A stretch of DNA of 64,000 nucleotides from assembly GCA_030704615.1 (NCBI GenBank), contig CM060732.1:71672001-71736000 (forward strand), in the 5' to 3' direction. The position numbers and the translations under genes were made by a program. The notes under the pieces were generated by a model, which saw only the letters and a program-made list of their open reading frames with translations, was not told the origin of the DNA and made no database searches. Shown in pieces: positions 36,181 to 49,585 of this stretch; within the stretch, counting starts at the first letter, position 1; every line of letters begins with the position of its first letter. The stretch is from Takakia lepidozioides (taxonomy: Eukaryota > Plantae > Bryophyta).

Positions 36181-38290
36181 CATTCCGCATCCTGGACCAG
36201 GAGAAACAGACCCTATTACCGAGGTAAGAGGACATAACACCGTCAATAAAGGCAGGAAAATTCCAATTCCGCGGATGTCCGCTCATGAGCTCATAGGCTC
36301 ATAGGCTCATGGGCTCATGCGCTCATGAAATAGTAAACCTCCATAGTAAGAGGCTCCGGTGTAACAGCAGGTCTAGTTTGAGCTACCACTGGGGCCACTT
36401 GGTCAGATTGCTGTGCTGGCCGTGGTACTGAAGTGACTTCTTCCTCCCTCTCTAATGGCCGTGCTTCCAGTAATAAGTACAGCCCATTGTGCTGTTGCAC
36501 CCCATCCTGTGCAGGAGCTATGGAAACATCATTGTGAGGGGTCCTTGTGGCAAGTGGAGCCGCCATTACGGTTTCATTCCTTTTCTGTCTCTTGGACTGG
36601 TGTTGCCTCTCTAATCCTCCTTCACCTTGTGAAGAGCCTTGCTCTTCAACTGCAGTTGTGGTTGCATCAAACACCCCCATTATCTTGCGTTCTTGCGCAT
36701 CAAGCAAGCAAGAATCAAAGATAATTTGTGCAATAATTGGGCCAGACACAATGATTGGGGACTTGGCAGCAATAGTCTGCAATTGTTTCATCTCCTCCAC
36801 CAGACCACTGTGCATCATCTCTGCCCAAGCTACATCCTCTCCCCTCAAGGCTTTCAAAACCTCTTCCGTAAAAGATCTGCTAAGATACTGTTGATTCTGT
36901 TTCATGGCAAACAGAATGTTTAGTATCTGGCCAATTTCCCTCAAACCTGGATACTCGGCTTTGGAGCAAGTGAATCCCTGGTTCCTGAAAAAGCTCATTT
37001 CTTGGAAAAGATCTCCTACTTGCAATCTTGCACTGTGCTCATCCACGCTCACATTACCAGATGGTAAATCAAAAAGTTGTTGCAAGTACTGCGGAGTAAC
37101 TTGTATATCTACGCCCTTCACCTGGGTAACTCCTGTCTTTGGCTCAAAGTTCTTGATAAACTGGATCATCAAATCCCGATGATGCAAAGACCACTCTTTG
37201 CGCAACAGTCCCTCCAACCGCAACTTCTTCAGCAGCTGCACTGCCTATGGTATGGCGATTGTTTGCCTCTGTAAGATCGTCGTGCTCTTCACTCGTAGAT
37301 CCTCCATTTCTCTAATTCGCTTCATGCCGGACAAACAAGAAGGCCTTGTTTGGAATAACTGTAGGAAAGCTTGCAATGCGTATAGCATGAAAGTGTGATT
37401 AGCACAGAATGGAACAAGTAAGTGTGTGTAAGCCTACGGGGCTTGCAAATAGTGAGTGAGAGAGAAAGTGCTTTCGACCTGTCCTCCCTTGCGCCACTGC
37501 GTAAGAAGTAGAGCTAGTGTATAGTCTGTGATATCCGCCATAGCTACAAAGATATAGCTTTGATTGCCCCTCCTGTCGAGACACTGGTTATCCGGGATAA
37601 CACCTATTCTTCCGCTCATAATCTTCTTAATTTCTTGTTCTTGTTTCTTGAATGGAGTCTCATGCACAAAATTCACATTGCTGATTGGCCGTTGCCTCAT
37701 TAGGTAACTTTTCATTTTTACCCTATTTTGTTCATATTCCATCTTAGAATGACCGCTAGGACTGCATATGTGGCAAAGGTTCCCCTTTGCCGGACGCGGA
37801 AAGTGTTCCGTTACCTGTCCTTTGGATGCATTAATGGGCTCGTAATAAGTTTCGGCTGATGTACCGGGTAGGTACTTTGACGACCCTGTTTGTCTTCTTG
37901 TGTGATGGCGCTCGTTATTGCAGTACATGCAATGCGGAGTGCTTTGCCCCTTAGGCCACGTGTTTGAATTCAAACACTCTCCCGTCTCCTTCTGTCCGCA
38001 TGGCACATTCTCCGAGTTTGATTCCCAAACTATTTTTACACTTTCCGGCCACTTTACTGACGTTAACTTGTGTCCACCTGTCACTGCCTTTATGGACTGT
38101 GCAACCTGTGTGGCCTGTGTTGCCTGTGTTGGGTTGTGACAGGCTGTGACAAGCTGTGGTAGGTTGTGATAATAGACTCTGGTGGGCTGTGATGACTGTG
38201 TGAACACCTGTGGTCTCTACTATGGCCATACACATCCGGCGTTATGTCAAGGACTTCATGCTCCGCTGGTGCTACTGGTGGAGTCTGTGA

Positions 38291-41200
38291 CTACATCTGT
38301 GTTTCAAGATGCAAATCATGCTGCAATGGTCTATCATGGATACCACTATATCCCTTGTTAGCATTGACTCTACCAAGCATCTCTTTGTTAATAGTTTGTA
38401 ACATAACTGTGTTGTTATCATACATCTTTTGTATGACATAAGGTCCTTTCCATGGTGATTTAAGCTTAGAAGCTTTAATCTTTCCCTTCTTCTGCAACCA
38501 CAGTACCAAATCACCCGTCTTAAAACTCTTCAGTTTGCCTTCATCAAACCGATCCTTCCTCTTCATCTGAATTCTAGCCATGTTATCTGCTGCATTAGCA
38601 CGTACTTCTTCCACATTATATAGTTCATGTTTTCTTACTTTAATTGAATCCTCCAATTCCATTCTCCTTCACCATTCAGTTCTCATAGATAATAAGAATT
38701 CCACTGGAAGTAAAGCTTCCATGTCATAAACTAATTGGAATGGTGTATACCATACTTGGTGGTGACCTTGTATGAAGTCATGTATGACCACAAAGCTGTC
38801 AATAGCTTTGTATCCCAATCAATCTTGTTAGCATTGACTATCTTAGCCCAAGATAGTGCATAGTATTTTGTTAGTGGCCTCTGCCTGCCCATTGCCGTGG
38901 GTAAGAGGTTGTACTCTTCTTGTGCACGATCATGAACTCCTTAGTCAACAGTTCAATGGTCTCATTAATGAAATGACTTCCCTGGTCACTGATAAATTCC
39001 AAGGGACAGCCAAATCTTGTGATAATGTTCTCATATAGAAACCTTGTTGTATACTTAGTTGTGTTGTCCCTCAGAGCCTTAGCTTCCACCCATTTTGTGG
39101 TATAATTAGTGGCTGTGATTATATACTTGTTTTGTGTATTCCTGGCTGGTGGATTGATTGGCCCAACAAAATCCAATCCCCATTTCTGGAATGGTTCAGT
39201 AGGCATTGTAGGATGCAAAGCCATCTTCCCAGATCTTTACAAAGGTCCTAACCTCCGGCACTCATCACAGCTCTTGCAATACTTATGTACATCTTTAAAC
39301 AGAGTAGGCCACCAGTAACCTGCAAGTAATATTTTCATACTGGTAGTCTCTTCTCCAAAATGGCCTCCAGCCACTCCTTTATGAATTTCTTCCAAGACTT
39401 TATTAACTTCATGGTGGTACAAGCATCTTTTCAGAACTCCATCAGGTCCTAGCTTATACAATCTTCCTCCTATCATAGTGTATGGTAATGCCTTGATAGC
39501 TATTCTCTTCATCTGTTCCTTCCCATAACTAGATGGGCACTGTCCATGAGTAAGATAGTATTTGATTGGCCACTGCCAATCTAACCAATCATCTGCTCCC
39601 TGCACTTTCACTGCAAATAAACCTGCATCAGGCAGTTGATCGTCTACGCCTGTGGCGGGCTTTCCTGTTGAAAGGCGTGACAAGTGATCTGTCACAAGAT
39701 GCAAACGTCCAGGTTTGTAAACAACTTCGAATTCAAACTCATGTAGTATAATCAACCATCTTGCTATCCTTCCACTTATCAAAGGCTTGTTCACCAAATA
39801 AATCAGAGCTTCATGATCCACATAGAACATAAACTTCCTTACCAGCAAATAATGCCTGAATTTCTTGACTAAATAAATCATTGCCAAAACTTCTCTTTTG
39901 GTGGTGCTATAGTTCCTTTCAGCACTGTTCAACAGTCTGCTAGCATAATACACAGGTGAATCTATGTTTCCTGTGACATTTTGGGCTAACACAGCCCCCA
40001 ATGCTTTTCCTGAGGCATCCAGTGTACATGAAATACCATATGCCAATGAGGGTTAATCAACACAGGTGTAGTTGTTACTGACAATGTAAGTTCCTCAAAG
40101 GCCTGTTGACATTCAGCTGTCCATGCAAACATTGCATCCTTCTTCAAGAGCTTGCTCAATGGTACTGCCTTCTGTGCATATCTTCTGACAAACCTTCTGT
40201 AATAACTGGTTTGTCCAAGGAACCTTCTTAGAGCCTTAACATTACTTGGTGGTGGTGAGGCTTTAATAGCCTCTGTCTTTCTAGGATCTACAAGCAGCAC
40301 AATGTGTCCCAAAAGAACTCCTAAGTTCACACAGAAAGTACATTTTTCTGGATTCAGCCCAAGACCTCTCATCCTGCATCTGGCCAAACATAATTCCAAT
40401 TTCTGCAAGTGCTCATTCTTAGAGCTGTAAACACTGAAGTCATCTAAAAACACTTGCATAAAATCATCCAAGTACACATGCAAAGATTCACTGATCACTC
40501 TCTGGAAAGTTGTTGGTGCATTACAAAGTCCAAAAGACATGACTTTGTGTGCATAAGCACCCCAGTCTGTGATGAAAGCAGTCTTTCCCTGGTCTTCTTT
40601 AGCTACCTGTACTTGTTTATACCCACTGAAGCCATCCATGAATAAGTACATCTCATGGCCTGCCACAGTGTCTAGCACAGCTTCTGTGAACGGCAAAGGA
40701 AATGGATCTTTCTTTGTGCAATCATTTAGCTTCTTGTAGTTCACACAAACTCTCACTTTGCCATTCTTCTTGGGAACTATCACGATAGATGATAGCCAAG
40801 TGATGTACTCTATCGGGTATATAAACTTAGCCTCAGCCAGCTTCTTTATCTCCTCCCCAACCTTTTGTGCATAGTTGGGATTCATCCTGTATCTTGCCTG
40901 TTTGATTGGTACAGAACCTGGTTCCAACTCAATCTCATGCTGGCATATTTCAGGGGGTATCCCCTTCAGGTCTTCATAACTCCAGGCAAATACATCTTTG
41001 TATTTGATAAATAGGCTCTTAGCTTCCTCAAAGAATTCTGGCTCCAAGTCAGCCCCAACTTTCACCATTCTTGGTTCCTCCTCAGTTCCCACATTGACTT
41101 CTCTCACCTGCTCTTCAGCTGTGATAGTCCATCCAGCCACTACTTGATCTTGTAAACTCACAGTGGCAGGTTCCTCTAGGATTTCTATTTCTCCCTCCAC
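38291..41200 (-). pseudogene. pol: pol (RT-RH-INT) of gypsy copy 2
   Basis: [38 protein letters not shown]; closely similar to 8860-11800. Confidence 0.92.
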
Positions 41201-43376
41201 ATGTTGTAGATTGAGTTGTTGTCATGGCGGGCCATGGTGGGAAGGAGTTGCTGGGAGGCGACAGAGATGGCGGGAGGAATCAAGGCGGTGGCGGGAGAAC
41301 AATAGGTGGAGAGCTGTGGCATGTGACACTTGGATGGTCCAATTTAGTGCAGTGAGAGGTGAGGTTTCAGGCTGGAAAAGCACGCAGTTCTGCACACTTT
41401 GGATCACTCCGTGCTTAAATAAGAATAAGCACTGAGGAGAGTGGGGTCCCACTTTACATGCAGGATTGGCCATTTGGCACACATTTAGGGTTTTCCAAGG
41501 GCTTACTGCAGTTCATGCATCCCATCTCCTTTATTTCGCTACTGCACCATAGGATACCTTTTGCTCTTGTGGGCCGAGCTGTTGGGTGAGTTATTGGGTG
41601 TAGTAATTGGTGTGTGGGGCCATTTCAAGTGCACATCTCGTGCATATCAAGTCACATGTAGGCTTCATATTAGATAATATTTCAGTGAGTCATGATACCC
41701 TCTATAGCTTAGGCATAGCATTTTTGTATACTGCCACTTTGATAATATATACATCCACTTCATCCAAAATTCATGCAATTCATACACAAGCTGTTTGTTC
41801 AATTGCTCATCCAGTCATACAATTTTTCTCCTTATTGCACCAATTGTAAGGGCATATCTGCTTAAACGCTCACATTTGGGTGTAACTACCTTATGTTCGG
41901 CCCTCCTTCCCTACCAGACCACCGGTGGTCTTTCACGGAGGTGGGAGTTTTGCCATGTACGCACAACAAAAAACCAGATCGCCTGAATTTTGGACGAAAC
42001 AAGAACTGCCGCATGAAATCGACCCAAATATATGTGCCCCAAGTCGTTCAAAAAACAAAATCAACCAAAGCGGGGTGGACCTCTAAAAGGGGCTCTCCCA
42101 AGGAGGGTGGCTTTTCCCTGCGAGCCCCACATGGCTATGGGTGGCTATTCCATGCGGGCCCCACATAGCTATTGCATGCCTCCCCAAAGTGGTTGCATGG
42201 CAGCTGCAGACAAATCTTCTAGAATGTGGCGATGCTCTCCAGGTGGGACAGTTGGAGGCGTTGGCTGATGGCAGTTAACATAAGAGAGTTAGCTAAGAGA
42301 GACGAGAAGAGATGCATAGCCAAGAGAGAGTCCAAGAGAGAGGGCAAGCCATAGCTATGCAACGGAAGGGTTTAGGATTGCTATGCAACGGCGCGCAATG
42401 AAGAGGAGGGTGTAAAGGGTCTTCAACAACTCTATATAATTTATATTTATATTTATACAGGGATTTTATGTAACACAGGTTATTCTGTGTTTATTCAAGG
42501 TGATTTTTCTGCTCCAAATTACTTCCAGATGCACTTGGCTCTGCTTGATTTTGACTTTCCATGGCTACGGATTGATATTTTACATATTCAAAGAGAACCC
42601 ATGTCTATCCCTTGTGTGAACACCACCTTACACTCTTTGTTGTAATCTGATCTCCACGAAGTCATCTTCGCCTCGGAAGCCAGGCTTGATCTTCAAAATT
42701 TCCCTAGACTATTAGGTACTTATCACCGATGACCGCAGTAGATCATGAGGAGTTACATGCTAGGATAAATTATCTCTACGAATATGCCCAATTTTGCCAT
42801 TTTAAGAAACATTATTTCAAAGTCTTCAAAAAACTATTGAGAACCAGCATGAGGAGACCAAGAGACACAGTAGATTTATGGTTCTTTGAGGAGGCGTCAT
42901 CAATTTTTTTTAGAACTGGGACGTTGAGAAGTGATATCCGACAATTCATGAGCTTCATTGACTAGGATAATGATAACCGGTACAAAGAAGAACATCGGTC
43001 CCAATTTGGATGTGGCTTGATTTTATTGCAAGCGTGTGAGCTGACGGGTACGGCCAGCGAGGTACAGCCGGGGAACCCCCGCTCCGGCAGCCTCGTCGGC
43101 GAGCTGGACGCCCCATGTCAAATCATCCCCACCCCCCTCCGACCCCTCCGCCCGTTGCCCCGCCCCCGCCCGCCCGGGACCCCTGACCCCCGCCCCACCG
43201 CTGGCCACGCGGCGCCCCACAACACCGCCCGATCTCCAGCCACGTGGCGGCCCCCTGCTGTGGATCCCCTCACTGGGTTGATCCCCCTTCCAGTGCCGGA
43301 GTGATCCCCCACCCCCATCTCCAGCCACGTGGCGCTACCCCGAACCATCGAATGGATGACGGCCGGATGAAGGCCC

Positions 43377-44606
43377 TGTAGTGTGAATGCAGGGGAGTGA
43401 CATTACATTTTGTCTTACCGTTAAGACCCTGCATCACTACAACGGGAGTGCCCGTTGTACAACTGCAGGAGGGATATATCCCTGCATACAGGTAATTTCA
43501 TGGGCATACTGTGCTTATGCTTTGCCAGGATAAAAATGGCTGAGTCATGACCATGCGTATTTTCATCCGTAGGATGAACGTTTTCATCCCAGGTGTTACC
43601 TAGAAACGCGGGTTGAGGAAAACAAAGAGGAAGATGACGGGCAACTCTTAGCAGCTGCTGCGAGCAGTGGGGTTGGCAGGGCCGTCTGTTTTTGGGAGGT
43701 TGTACCTACGCTATGGGACTCTGCTTGGTTTTGAGAGCGGCATTAAGTGCTTCTGCTTGGTATTATGTGTAAAGGGAAGCGGTGCCGCTTCTCTCGTAGT
43801 GATGATCAATTCCTGGAGTAGGAGCATGTAAGAAGAGCGGCGCACCACCGCTGTCGCCATTGCCTTGAAGAAAACAATTATGGGCAGATGAGCAAGCAAG
43901 GAAAACGGCCAGCTGCCGGAAGCACAAGGAGGTGAGTTGTGGGCACAATCAATGGAGGGGATGAGGCATGTGAAGTGCTCGCTGGATGGCAACTCAGGTT
44001 ATCTGTAATCAAAGCTTATAGCTGCTTTTGTGTCTTCTTACTATAGGACCATGTCAATTCTTAAAGAAGAATTGCACGCATAGAAGGATAGAGTATTTAG
44101 TTGGCAAGCCACAGGATGTTCCATAGGATGAAGAGGAGCCATCAGGGCATGATAAATACTGGAATCAAGACAAGGAGAATAGGTTGAAGTGGCTGCTGAC
44201 AGGCGATGGTGAGGTACCATCTTGGCAGGCAGATCCACCGCTTCGCTGGAGGATAAAACAGATAAGTTCGTAGACTGTGGGCTTCGGTTTTTGGGGGAGT
44301 GGTGACTTAGAAATCGTTTTGGTGTGGATTTAGGACTGGCTCTTGGTAGAGGAGAAGGAGGTAGAGATATGTGATGGAGGAAAATATTTTGGAAATGGAA
44401 TGGAGACTCTGAACTTCAAACCAGGAGAGGGAAAGGATGGATGCACCTGATGTTATAGTGTCAATAGGAGAAATGAGTGGGGGAGAGACTGCTTGTTACT
44501 GAATCAGAATGGTCACTGTTTGTCTTCATTCTTGTTCTTTGTTTCAGTGTTATGAACCTGCACACAATGCTGCCCTGGGTATTGATACACTGGAACCAAT
44601 GTAGAA
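43377..44606 (-). mobile_element. 3' half of a D-family insertion
   Basis: Reverse complement aligns by eye with ~18883-20223; ends CACTACA followed by GGGC. Confidence 0.75.
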
Positions 44607-47329
44607 TGTTGTACTGCTTTACTACAGATGGCTCGTTATGTTGCCCGGGCACGTGCCCTGTGCTCAAAGGAGATGGCAATCTTGAACGTGCAGGACTTGC
44701 GGTGCTCGATGAGACCTCCTCGGGCAACATAACAGGACCACGAGGGAGCGTGTGAATATTCTTGTCAGCTCGCCATGAATCCTCTTCCCCGCCAGGTGCC
44801 TCGTCAAGTCTTCGTCTCACTGGACGGGTATGAACATCTCCTTCCAAATGTTGGCCTCTTCGAAGCAATGGCGTGTCCCGAAGGCCCTCTCGCAAGGCCG
44901 CCGCCCACTTCCGAGGATTCTTTAATCTGGAGGCAGTCAGCATCAGCATTTCCTGCCTGTTCGGCCCCAAGCCCCACTGTTTCCTTTCAAGAACTCGTTG
45001 TACCCGCTTTGCTGCATAATTGACCTCACAATGTCCCCCGTTGTGGCAGTGAGGATGTCTACCAGATGCGCCGCAGAGGAGGCACGCCAGGAAGAATGCA
45101 CTGATTCGGCCATGTTTGTGGTGGGCATGTCGGTGTCGGAGTCGAGACACATTTCCTGCACAAGCATATGTTGAGGTTACAAGCAACTTACAAATAATGC
45201 CAAGAATAATATTCAACGGGATGCGAATTCGTGCAACTCCCCTCCCGCATATAGTCGCCGAACTGGAGGAAACGATAATGACACCATGCTAGCCAACTGA
45301 CCATTGCTCCCTCGTCTGATTTCCTTACAGCACCTGACGATGTCCACCAAGCCCGTATACATGCAAACTGTGTCTATGCATCATCCAAGGTGGGAGCGCG
45401 CTTCCACGCAAGACACATGGAACGGTGCTCGTCTCTGAAATCTGGCACCACGAGCCTGGTTGTGTACTGCGAAAGGCTCTGCAGAAAATGGAACCCACAA
45501 GATCTCTCTTTGCTTTCCATGGGAACATTGGGGTCTTGCCCGTACACCCTTCGGATGGCAGCCCAATTTGCTTGTGCGTTGTCCGCCATGAAACCACGGA
45601 AATTGGGAGGGGGCAATCCCGCCTTGGCCATCTGTTTGTTTATTCCCTGCCAAAGAAGCATCTCTGATTGTGTGTCCTCTCCTTTCATCTCACAAATAGC
45701 AATTGTTATTAGCATCCTGCAGTGGGTGTCGTAGACATGTGCACCCATTGTTACCCACTGGTGATTTGTAATTCGCTTGATATGGTCGAACATGACCCAA
45801 CTGTTTGACAAGTCCCCACTCGTCATCCTGTCGACCAGTTCGACGCCGCTGCCAGGTCCACACGTGGACATTTTGAATATGAAACAACGATCTGCCTCAG
45901 TCCCTTGTCCTGGAAACCTACTTCCATGAATGTAGTCATATCCACATCGTCGCTTCACCTCCAGAATGGAGTGCATATCCGAGCCACGCCCAATTTTCTG
46001 TTTGCATGAGACAATGTGGTTTCGGACATTCGGTGAGCAAATGTGGGGCACCGATTCCAGCAATGCCTCCATTTCCTTTTCATCGAGAGGAACTCTATCG
46101 GAGCCGTCTTCTGACATAATTCTGGCCAATGCAATCTTATGGGCGGCTTGGAGCTGTATCTGTTTGGGTTTGGTACTCGGTCTCAACTTAACCTCCTCCT
46201 GAACGAGCTGCTCTGCCTCGTGGGCAGCCTCCCGCGAGTTCCCCCTCGCCAATTTGTGACAATGGGAACCAACGTGTATGCAAGCTCGGGTGAGGTCAGG
46301 GAAACGGTGCAACACATAGAACTGCTTGGCATTACAAACAGACATGCAGTGTGGTGGTTCTTTGCAATGCGCACACTTAAATGTGGAGTTCGGAACCTTC
46401 TCCTGAGCTCGAAATGGTTGATGAGCTGTGCCTGTCCAATCGGTCTCGTTCCTGTGACCTCTGGATTTAAAGTGGAAGCAAGTTGGGGAGAAACACCGCA
46501 ACGCGCCCGCACAAACAACGTAGCACACCCGCACACCATCGAGCATCTTCATGCTGGTGGTTTTGGTGACGCACCAAGGATGACCGTCATGTTTTCTATC
46601 CATATCTGTCAACATTCCGGACGCCCTCGAGTAGTCCGTCCGAGGAGGGAACTCAAAGAAGATATTACCGTCGACGTCTGCGGGAAGGCAAGTAACCGAT
46701 TTAATTGCGAACTTGCTGTAGTCCAGCCCGGCCAGCTCCGAGCGGTGTCCCTCCATGTGAAGCCCTCGCAGAATTTCAAGAATGGATCGAACTGCGGTGC
46801 TCGTGCTGGGAATATGACTCCCTCGTCCACTGACGTCCATTGAGGACTTGCCTGATCTCCAGGACGATCTCGGAACTTCCATGATCTCGTCGGAGTCGGA
46901 CAGGTTGTGAACAACCCGGTTCTCGCTCGTCTTCATTGATGGGTTCGGCTTTGGATTTACTTCGTTGCGGACTTCTCTCTTTGAGGTACCCACTCTCTGA
47001 TTCGCGGATTGTTTCGTGGAAGGCGCCAGGATAGAAGGTCCATTTGGCGGGCAAATGAAGTCCCCAACAGCCCTGTATATGACGTTGTCCGATGGTGAAA
47101 CTCACCATTCCCTGCCATCGCCGAAATCATCGTGGAGCACAACAATACTCTCGACAACAACGCCGTTTGAGTCCTTCTTTTCCTCCTCCAAAAAAACCGA
47201 CCCCGGTTTCAGGTGGTATCGAACGCACAGATATTTCTCCATCACACGGCAGATGTCCCCTCTGCACGGAAATGAAGCTCTATGCTCGTGAGGAGGGCAG
47301 TACACTGTAGCGCTCGGGTTTTCCGCCAT
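44606..47329 (-). pseudogene. Element B transposase, N-terminal and DDE part (paralog of element A)
   Basis: RKHDGHPWCVTKT, VMFDHIKR, FMADNAQANW, TTNMAESVH; same intron position but donor GT>GG, plus stops and frameshifts; breaks at QYNI. Confidence 0.88.
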
Positions 47330-47360
47330 GGGAGATGTGCACACAAGACTGCCAGGATGG

Positions 47361-48055
47361 CGTGCGGGCAAGCTCCCCGCACCACAACGCAGACGTTTTG
47401 GTTCTGTAGGCACGACATAATGACCTGTGTATTTGGCAAGCCCAAGTATGGGATTCAGGGAATACCGAAGCCTCCGGGCATCTGGCCTGTTGCACCGGGT
47501 TGCAGCCTCTCTCAGAATGAGGCGGATGCTCTATCTGCAGCAGGATTTTGAATGGTGCAACGCACAGACGTCCCGACCCATGCATTTCCAGTTCCTCAGA
47601 CCCAGCCATTGCAGACCGCTCGGTCCAGTAGAGACGGATTGGACAATTCTGCACATCCCACAATGCGATTCGGAAGAGTGAAGAGACGACACCCTCCCAA
47701 CAAGTTGAATGAGACTCGGATTGCCAATGCTCTTGGGATGGCTTGTACTATTCAGAGCTCCGTGGACGTACCTCCACCCGGCCTTGGGCGTGTTTATCGG
47801 ATGGCAACGGCCGGCTCGGCTATACGCGATGATGTATACACAATTACGATTGGAGTAGAGCCGACTTGCAATTGTACGGACTTCTCGTTGATAGAAGCAA
47901 AGAAAGATTCAAAGTATTATCCGTGCAAGCATCTGTATTACATTTACCTGAAGAGGTTGAGGATGAACGTGACTATTGATGACTTTATTCATGCACCGGC
48001 GTTGAGCGTGAATGAGCTGCACAAACTCCTCCTTAGGGATTCCAGAAATCATTGA
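47361..48055 (+). pseudogene. Element B transposase C-terminal/SWIM part, on the opposite strand
   Basis: FWFCRHDIMTCVFGKPKYG, IWPVA, CNC...CKHLYY...FIHAPALSVNELHK; one in-frame stop at 47549-47551. Confidence 0.88.
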
Positions 48056-48199
48056 TGGGGCAAATGGAATCCTCCATATGGATATTTTCAATTGCATTTT
48101 CATGTATCAGACTTTTTTTTGCAGTGTAATGAAATGCACCCCAGAACTCCTGGAATGAGGCAATATTCCATTCAAACTGAGATCCAACAGAAGCAATTG

Positions 48200-48840
48200 T
48201 GGGGCCATTTCTGGATAAATGGCGCTGAATTTCTCTATTTTGGGCCGAAAATTGGCTAAGTCCCAACATGCATTGGTACCCATGTGTCTGGAAAAATGGC
48301 GCCGAATTTCCCTATTTTGGACCAAAAACTGGCTAAGTCCGAACATGCACGGGAATGATGTCTGGAAAAATGGCGCCGAATTTCCAGTTACATGGCCCAG
48401 AACTGCCCAACATCTGTGCAATCCCCGGCACCATGTACCGAAATTCGGCGCCACATTTCCAAATTTTGGGCTTACACACCTGTCATGAGGGGACCTATAG
48501 CCGCGAAATTCGGCACCATTTTTCGCCAGAGAGACCTATTACCGCAAAATACGTCGCGGTTTTTTCCGGTTACGGACCCTATTACCACGAAATTCGGCGC
48601 CATTTTTGCACATGTCGCTGGGAATTGGCATGAGCGGAAGACGAAATATCATGAGCACAACTCTCAAAACTACAATTTTCCCTTCAAGGTGCCGAATAAT
48701 ATATTTGTTTTTTCCGACACATTGCATTAAATTAATGTTTTATAATGTTTTTTATTTTCGAAATTTGTACTTCTGCTCATGAAAACCGATTGTCTTGCTA
48801 CTCCGCTCATGCCGCTCATACTCATGAAATAGCTAACCTC
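48200..48840. repeat. Element B subterminal motif array and TIR
   Basis: AAATTCGGCGCCATTTT-type motifs in both orientations; ends CTCATGAAATAGCTAACCTC at 48840, matching the element A terminus. Confidence 0.85.
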
Positions 48841-49585
48841 CTCCTCCCCAACCATGTGATCCCCCCGCCTCTGCACTTCTTCCATTATCTGCTCCCCCAG
48901 AAGTGGCTACCCTCGTCTCACCGCATGCTATCCCATCGGACTCATCTCCCTCCTCGCATGAGTTATCTTTTTGTGCTCCCCCCTCATCTGGTACTGCTTT
49001 AGTGTGTATTATTGCTCCCTCCCTTTCTGATCTCCCTTTAGCCCTGGCAGCCCCCACCTCTACTCCCGATTTTTTGTTTGCTCCCCCAAATCTGTCTTCT
49101 ACGAAGCATGCATCCGTGTGTGACCCTGGTCCCCCCCTGTCTGCCCCTAACTTCCACTCTTCTTCCCCACATCTGTCTGCTCTCTCGCATGCTACTGTGA
49201 CTCCCTCAGGTCCCCCCCTCAGTGCTCCATCACCCGAGGTGTCATCCCCCAACGTTGTTCCCGATGTCATGCCTTCTCCCCTCCATGTATATGCTCTGTC
49301 GCGGGCTGCTGTGTCTCTCTGTGGTCCTTCACTCTCTGCCCTTGTCCAATCACCTCTTTCAACTCATCCCGAGTCTGTGTGTACTTCTCACGTGGAGAGG
49401 GAGGATGTGCCAAGAATGGTGGATCCAACTACCAAGTCCAGCAGATTTGCAGCTGTTTCCAGTCCTCTGCCGACGACACAGGTTGAGGTTATTTCAACGT
49501 TTGGTGACCCCTGAACGCCAGTCATTGGCAGGGAACACCGAATTGGCAACGGAGGGGTTTATTCCGCCCATATCAGTTTTCCCGG

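Larger units (their letters stand above)
22775..36341. mobile_element. Element A: apparently intact 13,567-bp Mutator-like DNA transposon with three genes
   Basis: 9-bp TSD CATAGTAAG (22766-22774 and 36342-36350); short imperfect TIRs GGGGGTTGCTATTCCATGAGC and GAGGTTTACTATTTCATGAGC (reverse complement); CTCATGAG subterminal repeats; removing it restores the host retro ORF. Confidence 0.93.
22200..41200 (-). mobile_element. Second, truncated copy of the gypsy family (no LTRs seen), interrupted by element A
   Basis: RT/RH/INT at 38291-41200. Accessory ORF 36342-37241 ends PEPLTM and resumes at 22765 as EREGLDIPTTEQVLAEIEKG, matching EKEGLDIPTTEQIVAEIERG of copy 1. The left boundary is approximate. 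Confidence 0.85.

Noticed and set aside
41483-41493. Telomere-like TTTAGGG
   Set aside because: Isolated single unit, not an array
42729-42965. AT-rich ORF interrupted by element C and possibly continuing after 59732
   Set aside because: Short, contains stops, and no family recognised
48903-49514. Ser/Pro-rich 203-aa ORF as a separate gene
   Set aside because: Low complexity; more likely the frameshifted 5' part of the Ulp1-like gene or non-coding sequence
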